A stretch of DNA of 64,000 nt from an uncultured Verrucomicrobiae bacterium (GCA_963788655.1 CAWBHS010000089.1:1-64000), one strand, 5' to 3'. Shown: positions 20,346 to 31,001, numbered from the stretch's first letter. A program made the numbers and translations. Notes: generated from the sequence alone by a model not told the origin.

Positions 20346-21566
20346 TTAGTAGCTTTTCGGTTCGTTGCCCTGCACGTTCAACCGGTTCAGGTTGAAGGTC
20401 ACGACGGTCTTTTTCTTGCCGTTGCTCTCGGCCGGCAGCTTCAAATTGTATTCGAACGTGAACGCGTCCTTCTTCTTGAATTCCTGCGGATGGCTGTTCT
20501 CGATCATCTTCCAATAACCGGGCACATGTTCCACCACCACCAAGTCCACCGGCGTCTTCTTGAAGTTCTCGATCTCCAGCTTGAACACTTCGTCTGTGTC
20601 CCACAACACATCGCGGTTGCTGTTGTTGCGGCGGATGTGGGTCCGGTCATTCTTCATTTGCCGTTGGGTGACTTTCACCTCGCGGCTTTGCCCGATGTAA
20701 AGCTTCATCTCGCGATCAACCGGCGTCAATTGCGCCCAATCCTCACCGGTGAACGCCACGCCCTCGCCGGCCTTTTCCCCTTCCTTCTCGGGCTGTTCCT
20801 TGGTCTTGATGAAGATGCGGACCTTGCCCGGCAACAACGTGTGGTCGCCCAGTTTGGAGGCTTTGTCGTTTTGGATCACATACGACAAGGGGATGCCCAC
20901 AGTTTGGTTCTCGTGCTCGGGATCCCACGGCAGACTGGCGGCGTCCCACGTGAGAATCTTTTTGACGGGCACGTCCTCAAGGCGTTCGGAAAGCATCTCC
21001 AGCACTTCTTGGAACTGAATGGTCTTCTTGAACTTCGGTCCGTAACCAATCGTGAATTCTGCGTCCGCCAGATCCTCGCCGGAGTTATTGCGTAGCCGCA
21101 GGTAATCGCGCAGGGTCAGGGACTTTTCATCCGGCGCCGCCACCGCTTTATAGACCACGTCGCGGTCCAATCCCGCCAGCAAATAGGAGATGCGGAACCG
21201 TTCCTCGCGGGCGGCGTCGGAGCTGATGGCCCAAATCAAGTCATTCTCGTTCGGCGGATAACTGGTGTTCAGGATCTCGACCTTGCCGGGATTGTTCAAC
21301 GGTCGCACCTGGATGGAACTGGCGTCGATATTGACTCCCTTCCAGGAAAAGTCCACCTGGTTGACACCTTTTTGGAGGGTAATGAGCCGTTCCTCTTCGA
21401 CCAGCGTGGCGCGGGGATTATCGAGCGCAACGACGACGCGGGCCCGTTCGGGCAGGGCCACCAGTTTGACGCGCGCCTGGGCTTGGGGGGCCAGCCAGAC
21501 GAGCGTGGTCAACAAACAGCAATACAGGGAGGTTTTCATAAGCAACAAAGCAGTTCGCGATTTCAT
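20346..21566 (-). CDS. DUF4139-family exported protein, divergent paralog C
   Basis: Signal peptide then RVKLVALPER, TLVEEER, NNSGEDL, LLPGKVRIF. Confidence 0.75.
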   Translation of the reverse strand: MKSRTALLLMKTSLYCCLLTTLVWLAPQAQARVKLVALPERARVVVALDNPRATLVEEERLITLQKGVNQVDFSWKGVNIDASSIQVRPLNNPGKVEILNTSYPPNENDLIWAISSDAAREERFRISYLLAGLDRDVVYKAVAAPDEKSLTLRDYLRLRNNSGEDLADAEFTIGYGPKFKKTIQFQEVLEMLSERLEDVPVKKILTWDAASLPWDPEHENQTVGIPLSYVIQNDKASKLGDHTLLPGKVRIFIKTKEQPEKEGEKAGEGVAFTGEDWAQLTPVDREMKLYIGQSREVKVTQRQMKNDRTHIRRNNSNRDVLWDTDEVFKLEIENFKKTPVDLVVVEHVPGYWKMIENSHPQEFKKKDAFTFEYNLKLPAESNGKKKTVVTFNLNRLNVQGNEPKSY

Positions 21567-21957
21567 AGGCCAGGTTGTCCACCGCGGGGGCGGCAACGTC
21601 AAGTTTTGCAGTGCAGACTTCACAATGGGGTTAGACGAGCCGGGTGGACAAATGCTCCCATCTCGCAGAAAAAGTTGTGGGGCAGTGCAAAACTCTGAAA
21701 ACTTGCCAGCGCACAAGGCCGGTGGAAGCGAGCGATGTCTCTGCCTGGCGCATCCAGGCTCTTATGACTTGGACCGAGAGAAGAATTGCTGACAGGAAAA
21801 TAGACTGTCGAGTCCTCCCGTCGGCTGGTCAACAATCTTCCTACCGTTGTTTCCAACTGCGAGGATTGACCCAGCCATGACCCCGCCAGGAACATCCTGG
21901 TTCGGATGACGATTTGTTTGGTTTCTCTAATTGCGACAGAACATCGCCCTCGCCCGC

Positions 21958-23061
21958 TCAAATCCCTTCGCCCAGCATCACCGGCAGATCATACGTGGTG
22001 GCCACTTCCGGAGTGAGGGCACTGCCTTCGCCGGCCAGAACTCGGTATTGGCGGATTTGAAAAGAAACCTCGCGTCCATCGGCAAGTCCCTGGTGCGCGT
22101 ATTCCTCCTTGCTCATGCGGGCGCGAACGGTCAGGCCGCTGGGCAGTTCCAATTCCACCCGCAACATGACGCCCAGGAAATAGGTGTGTTTCAGCAGCGC
22201 CCGGTAACGGTGCGCTTTGGGATCCGAGGAGATTTGCACCGCGTACGGGCGAAAGCCAATCCGCATGCGCGTTCCCTCCTGGTGGCCGTGACTGGGGAAT
22301 TCCAGCTCGTTGATTCGCGCGAGGCTCCCCTGCACTTCGAGGTCGAGCACGTTCAACACGCCGATGAACCGGGCCACGAATTCGTTGACCGGCTGTTCAT
22401 AGACGTTGCGAGGCGATCCGATTTGTTCGAGGTGGCCGCGGGAGAAAATGGCGATGCGGTCCGAGACTTCCATGGCCTCCTCCTGGTCGTGCGTGACGAA
22501 GATGGTGGTCAACTGGAGATCATGGTGCAAATGCACGAGCCATTCCCGGAGTTCCTGGCGGATTTTGGCATCCACGGCCCCGAAGGGTTCGTCCAAAAGC
22601 AATACGTTGGGCTTGGGCGCCAGCGCGCGCGCGATGGCCACCCGCTGACGCTGACCGCCGGACAACTGGTGCGGATAGCGGTGTTGCAGGCCCTGCAATT
22701 CCAGCAGCGCGAGCAGTTCCATTACCCGAGTTTCGATGTCGGCGCGCTTCCATTTCTTGATTTTCAATCCGAACGCAATGTTCTTGAATACGGTCATGTT
22801 TTTGAACAACGCGTAGTTCTGAAACACGAAACCAATGTTCCGCCGTTGCACCGGAATGTCGTTGACGCGCTGCCCGCGAATGAAAATGTCGCCGGCGGTG
22901 GGCAGTTCCAGTCCGGCGATCATCCGCAGGACGGTGGTCTTACCGCCGCCGCTGGGGCCCAACAGGGCGACCAGTTCGCCGTCGTTCACTTCGAAGCTCA
23001 CTTGGTCCACGGCGCCCACGTCGCCGAAGCGTTTGGACAGGTTTTTGAGGGCGATGCTCAT
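21958..23061 (-). CDS. cysA: Sulfate ABC transporter ATP-binding protein
   Basis: GPSGGGKT, LSGGQRQR, LLDEPFGA; operon context. Confidence 0.92.
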   Translation of the reverse strand: MSIALKNLSKRFGDVGAVDQVSFEVNDGELVALLGPSGGGKTTVLRMIAGLELPTAGDIFIRGQRVNDIPVQRRNIGFVFQNYALFKNMTVFKNIAFGLKIKKWKRADIETRVMELLALLELQGLQHRYPHQLSGGQRQRVAIARALAPKPNVLLLDEPFGAVDAKIRQELREWLVHLHHDLQLTTIFVTHDQEEAMEVSDRIAIFSRGHLEQIGSPRNVYEQPVNEFVARFIGVLNVLDLEVQGSLARINELEFPSHGHQEGTRMRIGFRPYAVQISSDPKAHRYRALLKHTYFLGVMLRVELELPSGLTVRARMSKEEYAHQGLADGREVSFQIRQYRVLAGEGSALTPEVATTYDLPVMLGEGI

Positions 23062-23093
23062 TTCGGATGCTGATTCATTTCAAACTGCACTGC

Positions 23094-24050
23094 CTATTTC
23101 GATTGCGTTTCCTGGCCGGCCAGGGGCGTCACCGGCAGGGACAACGCCGCGGGCTCTGGTTCGCCCGGCACGCGCTGGGCCAATTCGTAATCACGCCGGG
23201 TTTTCCATTCCAAGAATGATTTGATCACCAACGTGGCCAGCGCCAGCACGGCGAGCAGGCTGGCTACGGCGAACGCGGCGGTGCTGTTGAAGCCCTGATA
23301 CAACTTCTCCACGACCAACGGCATGGTCTCGGTCTTGCCGGCAATATGGCCGGACACCACCGAGACCGCACCGAACTCGCCCATCGCCCGTGCGTTGCAG
23401 AGAATGATGCCGTAGAGCAGCCCCCATTTCACCGACGGCAGCGTGACATGCCAGAAGGTTTTCCAACCACTGGCACCGAGGGTTAGGGCGGCTTGCTCCT
23501 GCTCGGAACCGGTGGCCTGCATGACCGGCACCAGTTCGCGCGCAATGAAGGGCAGGGTGACAAACAGCGTCGTCAACACAATGCCCGGCAAGGCAAAGAT
23601 GATTTGAATATCATGCGCATCGAGCCAGGGACCGAGATAACCTTGCAGGCCAAAGAGCAACACATACATCAAGCCCGCCACCACCGGCGACACCGAAAAC
23701 GGCAGGTCAATCACGGTCAGCAAAACTGCCTTGCCGCGAAAGTCGAACTTGGCAATGGCCCAGGCGGCAGCCAAACCGAATATCACATTAACCGGCACAA
23801 TGATGGCAGCGACGAGCAGCGTGAGCCAAATCGCCGAAAGGGTATTGGATTCGTTCAGCGAGTTCGCATAAAACTGCCACCCCTTGGCCAGGGCCTGATA
23901 GAACACATTCGCCAGCGGCAAAATCAGGAACACCAGCAGGAACGCCAACGAAACGCCGATGAGCAGCCACTTCACCAGGGCCGGTTCGTCGGTACCGGCG
24001 GTTTTGACGATGCCGTTGGCGGAGGAGCTTGAAGTGGTTTGGGGGTGCAT
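23094..24050 (-). CDS. cysW: Sulfate ABC transporter permease CysW
   Basis: DLPFSVSPVVAG, NARAMGEFGAVSVVSG. Confidence 0.95.
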   Translation of the reverse strand: MHPQTTSSSSANGIVKTAGTDEPALVKWLLIGVSLAFLLVFLILPLANVFYQALAKGWQFYANSLNESNTLSAIWLTLLVAAIIVPVNVIFGLAAAWAIAKFDFRGKAVLLTVIDLPFSVSPVVAGLMYVLLFGLQGYLGPWLDAHDIQIIFALPGIVLTTLFVTLPFIARELVPVMQATGSEQEQAALTLGASGWKTFWHVTLPSVKWGLLYGIILCNARAMGEFGAVSVVSGHIAGKTETMPLVVEKLYQGFNSTAAFAVASLLAVLALATLVIKSFLEWKTRRDYELAQRVPGEPEPAALSLPVTPLAGQETQSK

Positions 24051-24054
24051 CGCT

Positions 24055-24879
24055 TTAGGATTGGAAACGGCCGGCCCAGCGTTCGAGGAGATTGATGACC
24101 ACCAGCAGGCTGAACGAGACCATGAGCAGTACCACCGCCAGCGTGGCGGCGCCGCCGTAATTGTATTCGTCGAGCCGCATGACGATCAGCACCGGCGCAA
24201 TCTCCGTCCGGTACGGCAGATTGCCGGAGATGAACACGACGGACCCGTATTCGCCAATGGCCCGGGCGAACGCCAGCGCAAAGCCGGTCAGCAGCGCCGG
24301 CAGCAAGCTGGGGGCAATGACATGACAAAGTGTCCGGCAACGACCGGCACCGAGCGTGGCGGCAGCTTCCTCCAATTCGCGGTCAAGGTTTTGCATGACC
24401 GGTTGCAGCGTGCGCACGACAAACGGTTGCCCGACGAACGTCAAAGCGATTACCACGCCCAGCACCGTGTAAGCGCCATGAATTCCCAGGGGTGCCAGCC
24501 ATTGACCCAGCCAGCCGTTATCCGCAAACAGATTGGCCAACGTCAGGCCGGCCACCGCGGTCGGCAACGCAAAGGGGATGTCAATAAGCGCGTCAAGAAA
24601 GCCTTTGCCGGGAAATTCATACCGCACCAGTACCCAGGCCAACAGCGTGCCAAAAACCGCGTTGACGAGTGCCGCCGTCAGCGAAGCGCCGAACGTCAAT
24701 CGATAGCATGCCAGCGCGCGCGGTGAGGTCGCATAGTGCCACAGCTCCGGCCAGGACAAATCCAGTGCCCGTAAGAAAAGCGCGGCGATGGGAATCAGCA
24801 CAACCAGACTCAACAGGAGCAGTGTGAAACCCATCGTCAAGCCGAAACCCGGCAACACATTGAATTTTCTTTGCACCAT
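24055..24879 (-). CDS. cysT: Sulfate ABC transporter permease CysT
   Basis: VLPGFGLTMG, PFALPTAVAG, GEYGSVVFISGN. Confidence 0.95.
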   Translation of the reverse strand: MVQRKFNVLPGFGLTMGFTLLLLSLVVLIPIAALFLRALDLSWPELWHYATSPRALACYRLTFGASLTAALVNAVFGTLLAWVLVRYEFPGKGFLDALIDIPFALPTAVAGLTLANLFADNGWLGQWLAPLGIHGAYTVLGVVIALTFVGQPFVVRTLQPVMQNLDRELEEAAATLGAGRCRTLCHVIAPSLLPALLTGFALAFARAIGEYGSVVFISGNLPYRTEIAPVLIVMRLDEYNYGGAATLAVVLLMVSFSLLVVINLLERWAGRFQS

Positions 24880-24891
24880 CGAAAGCCGATC

Positions 24892-25914
24892 TCAACGACG
24901 TTGCAACGTATCGAACACGCCATCTTCGCCAAAGAAGCGTTTTTGTGCGGCTGACCAATCCGCAGCGACGTCCTTGATCGTAAAGAGTCGCAGCCGTGGA
25001 AAGCGGTTGATGTGTTTGGCCAGGATGGCGGCGTTTACCGGGCGATAGCCGTGGCGGGCGATCAATTCCTGGGCGGGTTCCGAATACAAGTAATGGAGGT
25101 ACGCTTCCGCGGTTGCGCGCGCATCCGGCGCAGCGCTCCGACGGTCCACATTGCGGTCCACCACGGCCACGCTGGGTTGCACCAGGATGGAAGCGGGCGG
25201 ATAGATCGTCTCGAACCGGTTCGTCCCGTATTCCTGGACGGCCAATGCTGCTTCGCTTTCCCACGCGAGCAACACATCGCCAAGGCCGCGCTGGACAAAC
25301 GTCGTGGTGGCGCCGCGCGCGCCGGTGTCGAGCACGGGGACGTTTTGATAGAGTTGCCTCATGAAGGCGATGGCCGCGTCGTCGCTGCGTTGCAAAATTT
25401 TGGTGGCATACGCCCAAGCCGCCAGAAAGTTCCATCGGGCGCCACCCGAGGTTTTGGGATTGGGCGTAATCACACTGACGCCAGGTCGCCCCAGGTCGCC
25501 CCAGTCGTTGATGGATTTGGGATTTCCCTGGCGGACCAGAAAAACGACGGTCGAGGTGTACGGCGCCGAATCGTGCGGCAATCGCGATTGCCAGTTAGGC
25601 CCGATCAGGTGGTGCTCTGCGATGGCCTGCACATCGTAAGCCAGCGCCAGCGTCACCACGTGCGCCCGCAGACCATCGATGACCGACCGCGCTTGTTTGC
25701 CCGAGCCGCCGTGTGACTGGGTGACCCGGACCCGGCGGCCGGTTTGTTGGTAGTAGTGTTCGATAAACAGCCGGTTGTAATCTTTGAATAGTTCCCGGGT
25801 TGGATCGTACGAGACATTCAACAAGTCAATTTCGGCCGCGGCCAGGACCGTTCCCGCCATGAGACACAATCCCAGTGCGGCAATTACTAATTTTACTTTG
25901 CAGGTGAAATGCAT
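24892..25914 (-). CDS. sbp: Sulfate-binding periplasmic protein
   Basis: LLNVSYDPTREL, QSHGGSGKQAR, PNPKTSGGARW. Confidence 0.95.
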   Translation of the reverse strand: MHFTCKVKLVIAALGLCLMAGTVLAAAEIDLLNVSYDPTRELFKDYNRLFIEHYYQQTGRRVRVTQSHGGSGKQARSVIDGLRAHVVTLALAYDVQAIAEHHLIGPNWQSRLPHDSAPYTSTVVFLVRQGNPKSINDWGDLGRPGVSVITPNPKTSGGARWNFLAAWAYATKILQRSDDAAIAFMRQLYQNVPVLDTGARGATTTFVQRGLGDVLLAWESEAALAVQEYGTNRFETIYPPASILVQPSVAVVDRNVDRRSAAPDARATAEAYLHYLYSEPAQELIARHGYRPVNAAILAKHINRFPRLRLFTIKDVAADWSAAQKRFFGEDGVFDTLQRR

Positions 25915-26078
25915 CTTTTGTTCGGTGACCAGAAGCATAGGGGGAATGACGGCTGAGTCAATGCGGCAACTGCGCGCGCAAGAGCGCATGCCGTTGGGCC
26001 TATGGATGCGGGACCGGAACGTTCACGAGATTTAGATGGACCGTCTGAAGTCCGGTAGCACTTCTGCACTGCATCTCG

Positions 26079-26271
26079 CCCCTCACCCTAACCCTCTCCC
26101 AGGGAGAGGGAACAGCAGTCGGTCGTTGCGAGACGTTCGTGAGCGGGAAATCCAATCTCCGCGTTATGTCCGGTCGCAGAGAAACCGGAGGCCAAACCGA
26201 GCCGCCCCAACATTCCAATCCAGCGGAGTGCGATTCTCCCTCTCCCCAAGGGAGAGGGCCGGGGTGAGGGG
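26079..26271. repeat. REP-like inverted pair of CCCTCTCCC..GGGAGAGGG hairpins
   Basis: CCCCTCACCCTAACCCTCTCCCAGGGAGAGGG and inverted copy CCCTCTCCCCAAGGGAGAGGGCCGGGGTGAGGGG. Confidence 0.85.
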
Positions 26272-26391
26272 AAGGAATCGGTCTATCACTCCTAACGCTG
26301 CAAAAAGCCTTGTCGCCTCTGAGCTGCCGAATTTCGGACCGAGGCCGAAATCCGATGTCCGAAGGTGAAGGCGTGCAGGATGCCAGCGCAC

Positions 26392-27081
26392 TCAGATCAG
26401 GTCGCCTTCGGACCGGGTCTGCGAGTTGCCGGGTGTCGGGCGCAGGAGCGCTTCACAACGTTCGAGGGATTGGCGAGTGGCGTCGTCGTGGGGGAGAATT
26501 TTCAATGCGGCGCGCAGACTCTTACAGGCCGCGGCAACGTCGCCGCGCTGCAATTGGCACAACCCGATTCCTTGCCAGGCACCGTAGTGATGGGGATTCA
26601 ATGCCAGGGCTCGTTCGCAGTTTGCTTGCGATTTCGCGTATTCGCCGATTTCCCAATAGACCGCGCCCCGCCGATTCCAGCCTTCCGCAAACCGGGGATA
26701 TTTCGTGGTCAGTTCATCCAGAACGGACAACGCTTGTGCATAATCTTGGGCTTCGGCGGCCGCATAAGCGGTTTTCAAGAGTCGGTAGGCCTGGGGACCG
26801 GCGGCATGGAACCACAGGTATTCCAGACCCCGTTGGGCCATGGTGCGGGCTTGGCGGTCATGGGCATTGAGCGCTTTGAGCAACTGGTTTTCCGCGCCGA
26901 GTTGAGCCAGGGCACTGGCGGCGTACAGTTGCTGATCTTCATTGCCGGTCAGCAACCGTTGATACATCCGCTGCTTGTACCACGGGCTGTGCCGAACCGC
27001 CTGCATGACGAGAAACGTGGTGCAGAAGAGAATGATCAGCCCATAAACCGCGCCGACAACTCGATGACTCACTAGCTTCAC
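26392..27081 (-). CDS. Membrane-anchored TPR protein
   Basis: N-terminal TM; TPR motifs (FAEGWNRRG, PHHYGAWQGIG). Confidence 0.8.
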   Translation of the reverse strand: MKLVSHRVVGAVYGLIILFCTTFLVMQAVRHSPWYKQRMYQRLLTGNEDQQLYAASALAQLGAENQLLKALNAHDRQARTMAQRGLEYLWFHAAGPQAYRLLKTAYAAAEAQDYAQALSVLDELTTKYPRFAEGWNRRGAVYWEIGEYAKSQANCERALALNPHHYGAWQGIGLCQLQRGDVAAACKSLRAALKILPHDDATRQSLERCEALLRPTPGNSQTRSEGDLI

Positions 27082-27148
27082 ACCGAAGCATAAGTCAGGG
27101 TCGGGCCGACGCCAATCCGTAGCCTCTCGGTTCGTGGTTTAGGGGATT

Positions 27149-28456
27149 TTACAATAGATTCGCCGCCAGTTCCGCCAGTTCAGAACGTTCGCCTTTCTGC
27201 AATTCGATGTGCGCGGCCACAGCCTGGTTGCGGAACTTGCTAACGATGTAATTGAATCCATTGGACGAGGAGTCCACGTACGGATTATCGATTTGGTAGG
27301 GATCGCCCGTGAACACGATCTTGGTGCCGTGGCCGACGCGGGTGATGATGGTTTTGACCTCGAGGGGCGTCAGGTTCTGGGCTTCATCGACAATCATGAA
27401 CTGGTGGGCAATGCTGCGTCCGCGAATGTAGCTCAGGGCCTCGACGACAATGATGCCCGAGCGCATCAGGTCGAACGCGCGGCGGTTTTCCTGGCCCATG
27501 TTGAGGTCACTCAACAATTCCAGCGCGTCGTGAATCGGTTGCATCCACGGGCTCAGTTTTTCCTCGAGCGACCCCGGCAAGAAGCCCAGTTCCTTGCCCA
27601 TGGAGATGGTGGGACGGGCCACGACCAGTCGGCGGTATTCCCGGTCGCTGACGGTGCGTTGCAGGCCGGCGGCCAGGGCCAGCAGCGTTTTGCCGGTGCC
27701 GGCTTTGCCCATCAGAGTGACGAGTTTGACCTCATCGTTGAGCAGCGCGTCGAAGGCGAAGTGCTGTTCCCGATTGCGCGGCTTAATGCCCCAGACCGCC
27801 TGGCGGGTTTCGTGAATGGGAACCAGCTTTTCGGCCGCGATATTGACTTTGGCCAGCAACGGTCGCCGCTCGCTGCCGGCTTCGGTCAGGGTGCAGTATT
27901 CGTTCGGACAGCGCGGCGCTTCACCGTTGAGTTGCAGTTCCCGTTTGCTGCGGAAGGATGCCATTCGCTCCGGGCTCAGTTCCAAATCGTAGGTGCCCGT
28001 ATAAAGATCCTGAATCATCACCCGGTCGGCTTCGTAGTCTTCCGCCGGCAGCCCCGCGGCGTCAGCCTTCAAGCGCAAGTTGATGTCTTTGGTGACGAGC
28101 ACCGTGCGTACTTTGGGATGCGCGTTGTGAATGGCCAGGGAGATGGCCAGCAAGCGGTTGTCCACCCCGTTGGCCGGGAAGCCACTCGGGCTTTTTTCAT
28201 CGGCGGGCTGAAAGATGATTTGCAGGCGTCCGCCGTTGGCCAGGGCCACGCCTTCGCTGAGCCGGCCACGGCTGCGCAATCCATCCAGCAAGCGGGAGAC
28301 GGCGCGGGCGTTCACGCCGCGTTCGGTGGTCTCGCGTTTGAACCGGTCGATTTCTTCGATGATTTCGATGGGGATCAGGACGTTGTTGTCGTCGAAGTTC
28401 AGCAGCGAATTGGGATCGTGCAGCAGAACGTTGGTGTCCAGTATGTAGTTTTTCAC
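27149..28456 (-). CDS. PIN-domain PhoH-family ATPase
   Basis: LDTNVLLHDP, TKDINLR, GKAGTGKT, RGRS, DEAQN, GDPYQID. Confidence 0.92.
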   Translation of the reverse strand: MKNYILDTNVLLHDPNSLLNFDDNNVLIPIEIIEEIDRFKRETTERGVNARAVSRLLDGLRSRGRLSEGVALANGGRLQIIFQPADEKSPSGFPANGVDNRLLAISLAIHNAHPKVRTVLVTKDINLRLKADAAGLPAEDYEADRVMIQDLYTGTYDLELSPERMASFRSKRELQLNGEAPRCPNEYCTLTEAGSERRPLLAKVNIAAEKLVPIHETRQAVWGIKPRNREQHFAFDALLNDEVKLVTLMGKAGTGKTLLALAAGLQRTVSDREYRRLVVARPTISMGKELGFLPGSLEEKLSPWMQPIHDALELLSDLNMGQENRRAFDLMRSGIIVVEALSYIRGRSIAHQFMIVDEAQNLTPLEVKTIITRVGHGTKIVFTGDPYQIDNPYVDSSSNGFNYIVSKFRNQAVAAHIELQKGERSELAELAANLL

Positions 28457-28563
28457 TCGATTACGTCTCGGATCGGCAATCCCCGAAGCGCTTCGCGGTT
28501 GGCGAGCTGCCAGGCGGGCTCCAGGATTTGTCGAAGTACTTCATCGCCTGCGGTATTCGAGGG

Positions 28564-29226
28564 TCAGAGGTTGGCGAACTTCACCGTGTTCATGCGGCCG
28601 TGCCATCGCTTCAACCGCGGCAGCGACTTCGGCAGTTTGTAATGCCCGGAATAAAGAAAATTGCCCAGCATGCCCCAGAGATCAAAGTCCACAAACCGCG
28701 GTTTCGCGTCGAGCAGGAAGGCCTGGTTGCGCAGCATTTGTTCGAAGGGAATGAGTTTCTCGGCTAGTTCCGCCAACAGGGCCTTTTGCTGCTGCAACCA
28801 GAGCTTGAGGCACCCGCGTCCGAATTTGCGTTCCTTGAACCGCAGATAGCACAACTGTTCTTCGGCCGGAACGAACTCGGTGTAATAAGCATCGTTGAGC
28901 TTGAAGGTAACCGCTTCGATTTCGTTCTCAATGTAACGCCACACAATCTTTTGCAGACCGTCGCAGGCCGAGGGAAACAAGCCCAACTGGAGTTTGCTTT
29001 CGAGATATTTGGCGATGACTTGGGAGTTGTCATTGGTTTCAAAAATCACCGAGCGCTGGTCTTGCAGGATCGGCACTTGATAATACCGTTGCCGGGTCTT
29101 GCGCCAGACCAGGGAGCGGTCTGCAGGCGGGATGTTGGTTGTTTTGAAAGGGACGCCGCTATACTCGAGAATGCGCTTTTGAACGAGGCAATACGGACTC
29201 CAGGGAAATTGAACAAGTTCCAGCAT
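28564..29226 (-). CDS. Glutathione S-transferase family protein
   Basis: SPYC, QVPIL, NSQVIAKYL. Confidence 0.75.
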   Translation of the reverse strand: MLELVQFPWSPYCLVQKRILEYSGVPFKTTNIPPADRSLVWRKTRQRYYQVPILQDQRSVIFETNDNSQVIAKYLESKLQLGLFPSACDGLQKIVWRYIENEIEAVTFKLNDAYYTEFVPAEEQLCYLRFKERKFGRGCLKLWLQQQKALLAELAEKLIPFEQMLRNQAFLLDAKPRFVDFDLWGMLGNFLYSGHYKLPKSLPRLKRWHGRMNTVKFANL

Positions 29227-29466
29227 AGGGATTCGGGTTGGGGGAAAGCAAAACCAGGTCGCCGCGCTTGCGAGGCTGCGTCGCACTCGCCATCGGATGG
29301 CGGCAGCAAAAAAATTCGCTCAAGATAGGAAACCGCCCTGCCGCCAGTTTGGACATGTCCTGGCGCCGGCAGACAGCAATTGGGTTTCGACTCGCCATGG
29401 GCGCAATCTAGGACGGCGCCAGGGCACTGACAAGCGGAGTTTTTGCCGGCTGGCGGTTCCGCCTAA

Positions 29467-29608
29467 CACTACAGCGACACTTCCACAGATAGGCGCGCGG
29501 CCTTTAGGCCGCTTCAAGCACCAAAGGCCAGCGGCTTGCGGGATAGGATGGTGAGGCGGCGTAAACGCCGCGCTCCTGCCGCGATTCGCCGAAACTGTCG
29601 CTGTAGTG
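29467..29608. mobile_element. 142-bp MITE-like element with REP-like core
   Basis: Perfect 13-bp TIR CACTACAGCGACA / TGTCGCTGTAGTG, flanked on both sides by CTAA (29463-29466, 29609-29612). Confidence 0.8.
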
Positions 29609-29779
29609 CTAACGGAAGCAGCGGAACAGTGGTGGTTATGAAACCAATCTTGGCGCCGCCGCGGGTGAGCACCGTAAACTTTCTTGGCTCACCATAGCGG
29701 CATACCGGCGCCCTCCTGAGGCGCCGCGCCGGGTTGGCAAGAGGACGATGGGGGCAATCGTCGTGTTCTGTTTGCGAGG

Positions 29780-31001
29780 TCAGTCGGCCTTTTCTTGGTA
29801 TTGCTGGAGGGTCTTCTTGAGGTTGGCGACCTGGTCTTCGTTTTCACAAAGCTTAACGGCTTCCTTCTGGTAGCGGATGGCTTCTTTGACTTTGCCGGTG
29901 TCAAACAGCGCCCGCGCGTAGGTGTCCACAATATTGGCATCCTTGCCTTCGGAGGCATCGTACGCGGCTTTGGCGAAGTGCATGGCCAGCTTCAGATCGC
30001 GGTGCTTGATTTTTTCGTCAGTCAACAGATTCCAAGCAATGTCGTTAAGCATCATGGCATTCTTGGAGTGTTCGGCTTCGAGTTGCCGGCCCAGTTTCTC
30101 CAGTTGATCCGCATCGCCTTCCGCCGTGGCGGCGCGATAGTAATTCATGAACGCGCGCTGGAGGGTGAAATTGTGCTTGAAGTCGTCGAAGTCAAATCCG
30201 GTCGGGGCGTGTTGCTTGACCTGCTTTTCGAGGTCCGCGATTTCCTCCTCGCTTTTGCCCTGCGCCATTGCCATCTGGTATTCCCGCAACGCGTTTTGGA
30301 ACCGCGCCTGTTGCCGCACTTGTTCCGGGTCGAATTTCTTTCCGGGGGTGATGCCGCCGATCTCGGCGTCGAGCTTTGACAATTCCTTCCCTAATTCCTC
30401 GAGCTTCTCTTGATCGCCCCCTTTAGCGGCCAGTTCGAAATACTGCTCATACAGCTCCTGGGCACGGTTGCGCTTCTTCGCAACGGCGAGGTCATACTTT
30501 CCCGCCAACATCTGATCGAGTGTTGACTCGAGGTCGGCCATGGGATGACCGTGCCAGACAATGCGACCCTGTTTGTCCACGATGAACGCGTGCGGAATGC
30601 CGTTTTGATTGAAGGCCTTCATGTAGCCCGCCGACGTTCTTGTCGTCCTGGTCGATCGCCACCACGTAGTCCATCTTGTCCCCCATCTGTTTGACGAACT
30701 TTTTCACGGTGGCCAGTTTCTCGTTGCTGATGCCCACGAAGACCACGCCTTTGTCTTTGAATTTCTTTTGCAGCTCCGTGAGATGGGGGATGCTGGCCCG
30801 GCAGGGCGGACACCACGTGGCCCAGAATTCAATGACGTAAATGGTCTTTCCTTTGCCGTCCGCCAGCTTGACGGGGCCACCCTTGACCCATTCGGAAATT
30901 TGCAGCGGCGGCGCCGGATCGCCGAGTTCCGCCGCCATGGCGAACGTCGCGACGGTGAACAGTCCAAGGGCGCTGAGAGCAACTGCTGAGATGGTTTTCA
31001 T
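29780..31001 (-). CDS. TlpA-family thiol:disulfide oxidoreductase with C-terminal TPR region (frameshift ~30640)
   Basis: Signal peptide and EFWATWCPPC; the second frame continues GIPHAFIVDKQGRIVWHGHP, LNDIAW, DTYARALF. Confidence 0.85.

Noticed and set aside
21931..28642. Long plus-strand ORFs opposite cys and phoH genes (similarly 43784-45175, 58622-59872)
   Set aside because: Antisense shadows of high-GC coding genes with no motifs
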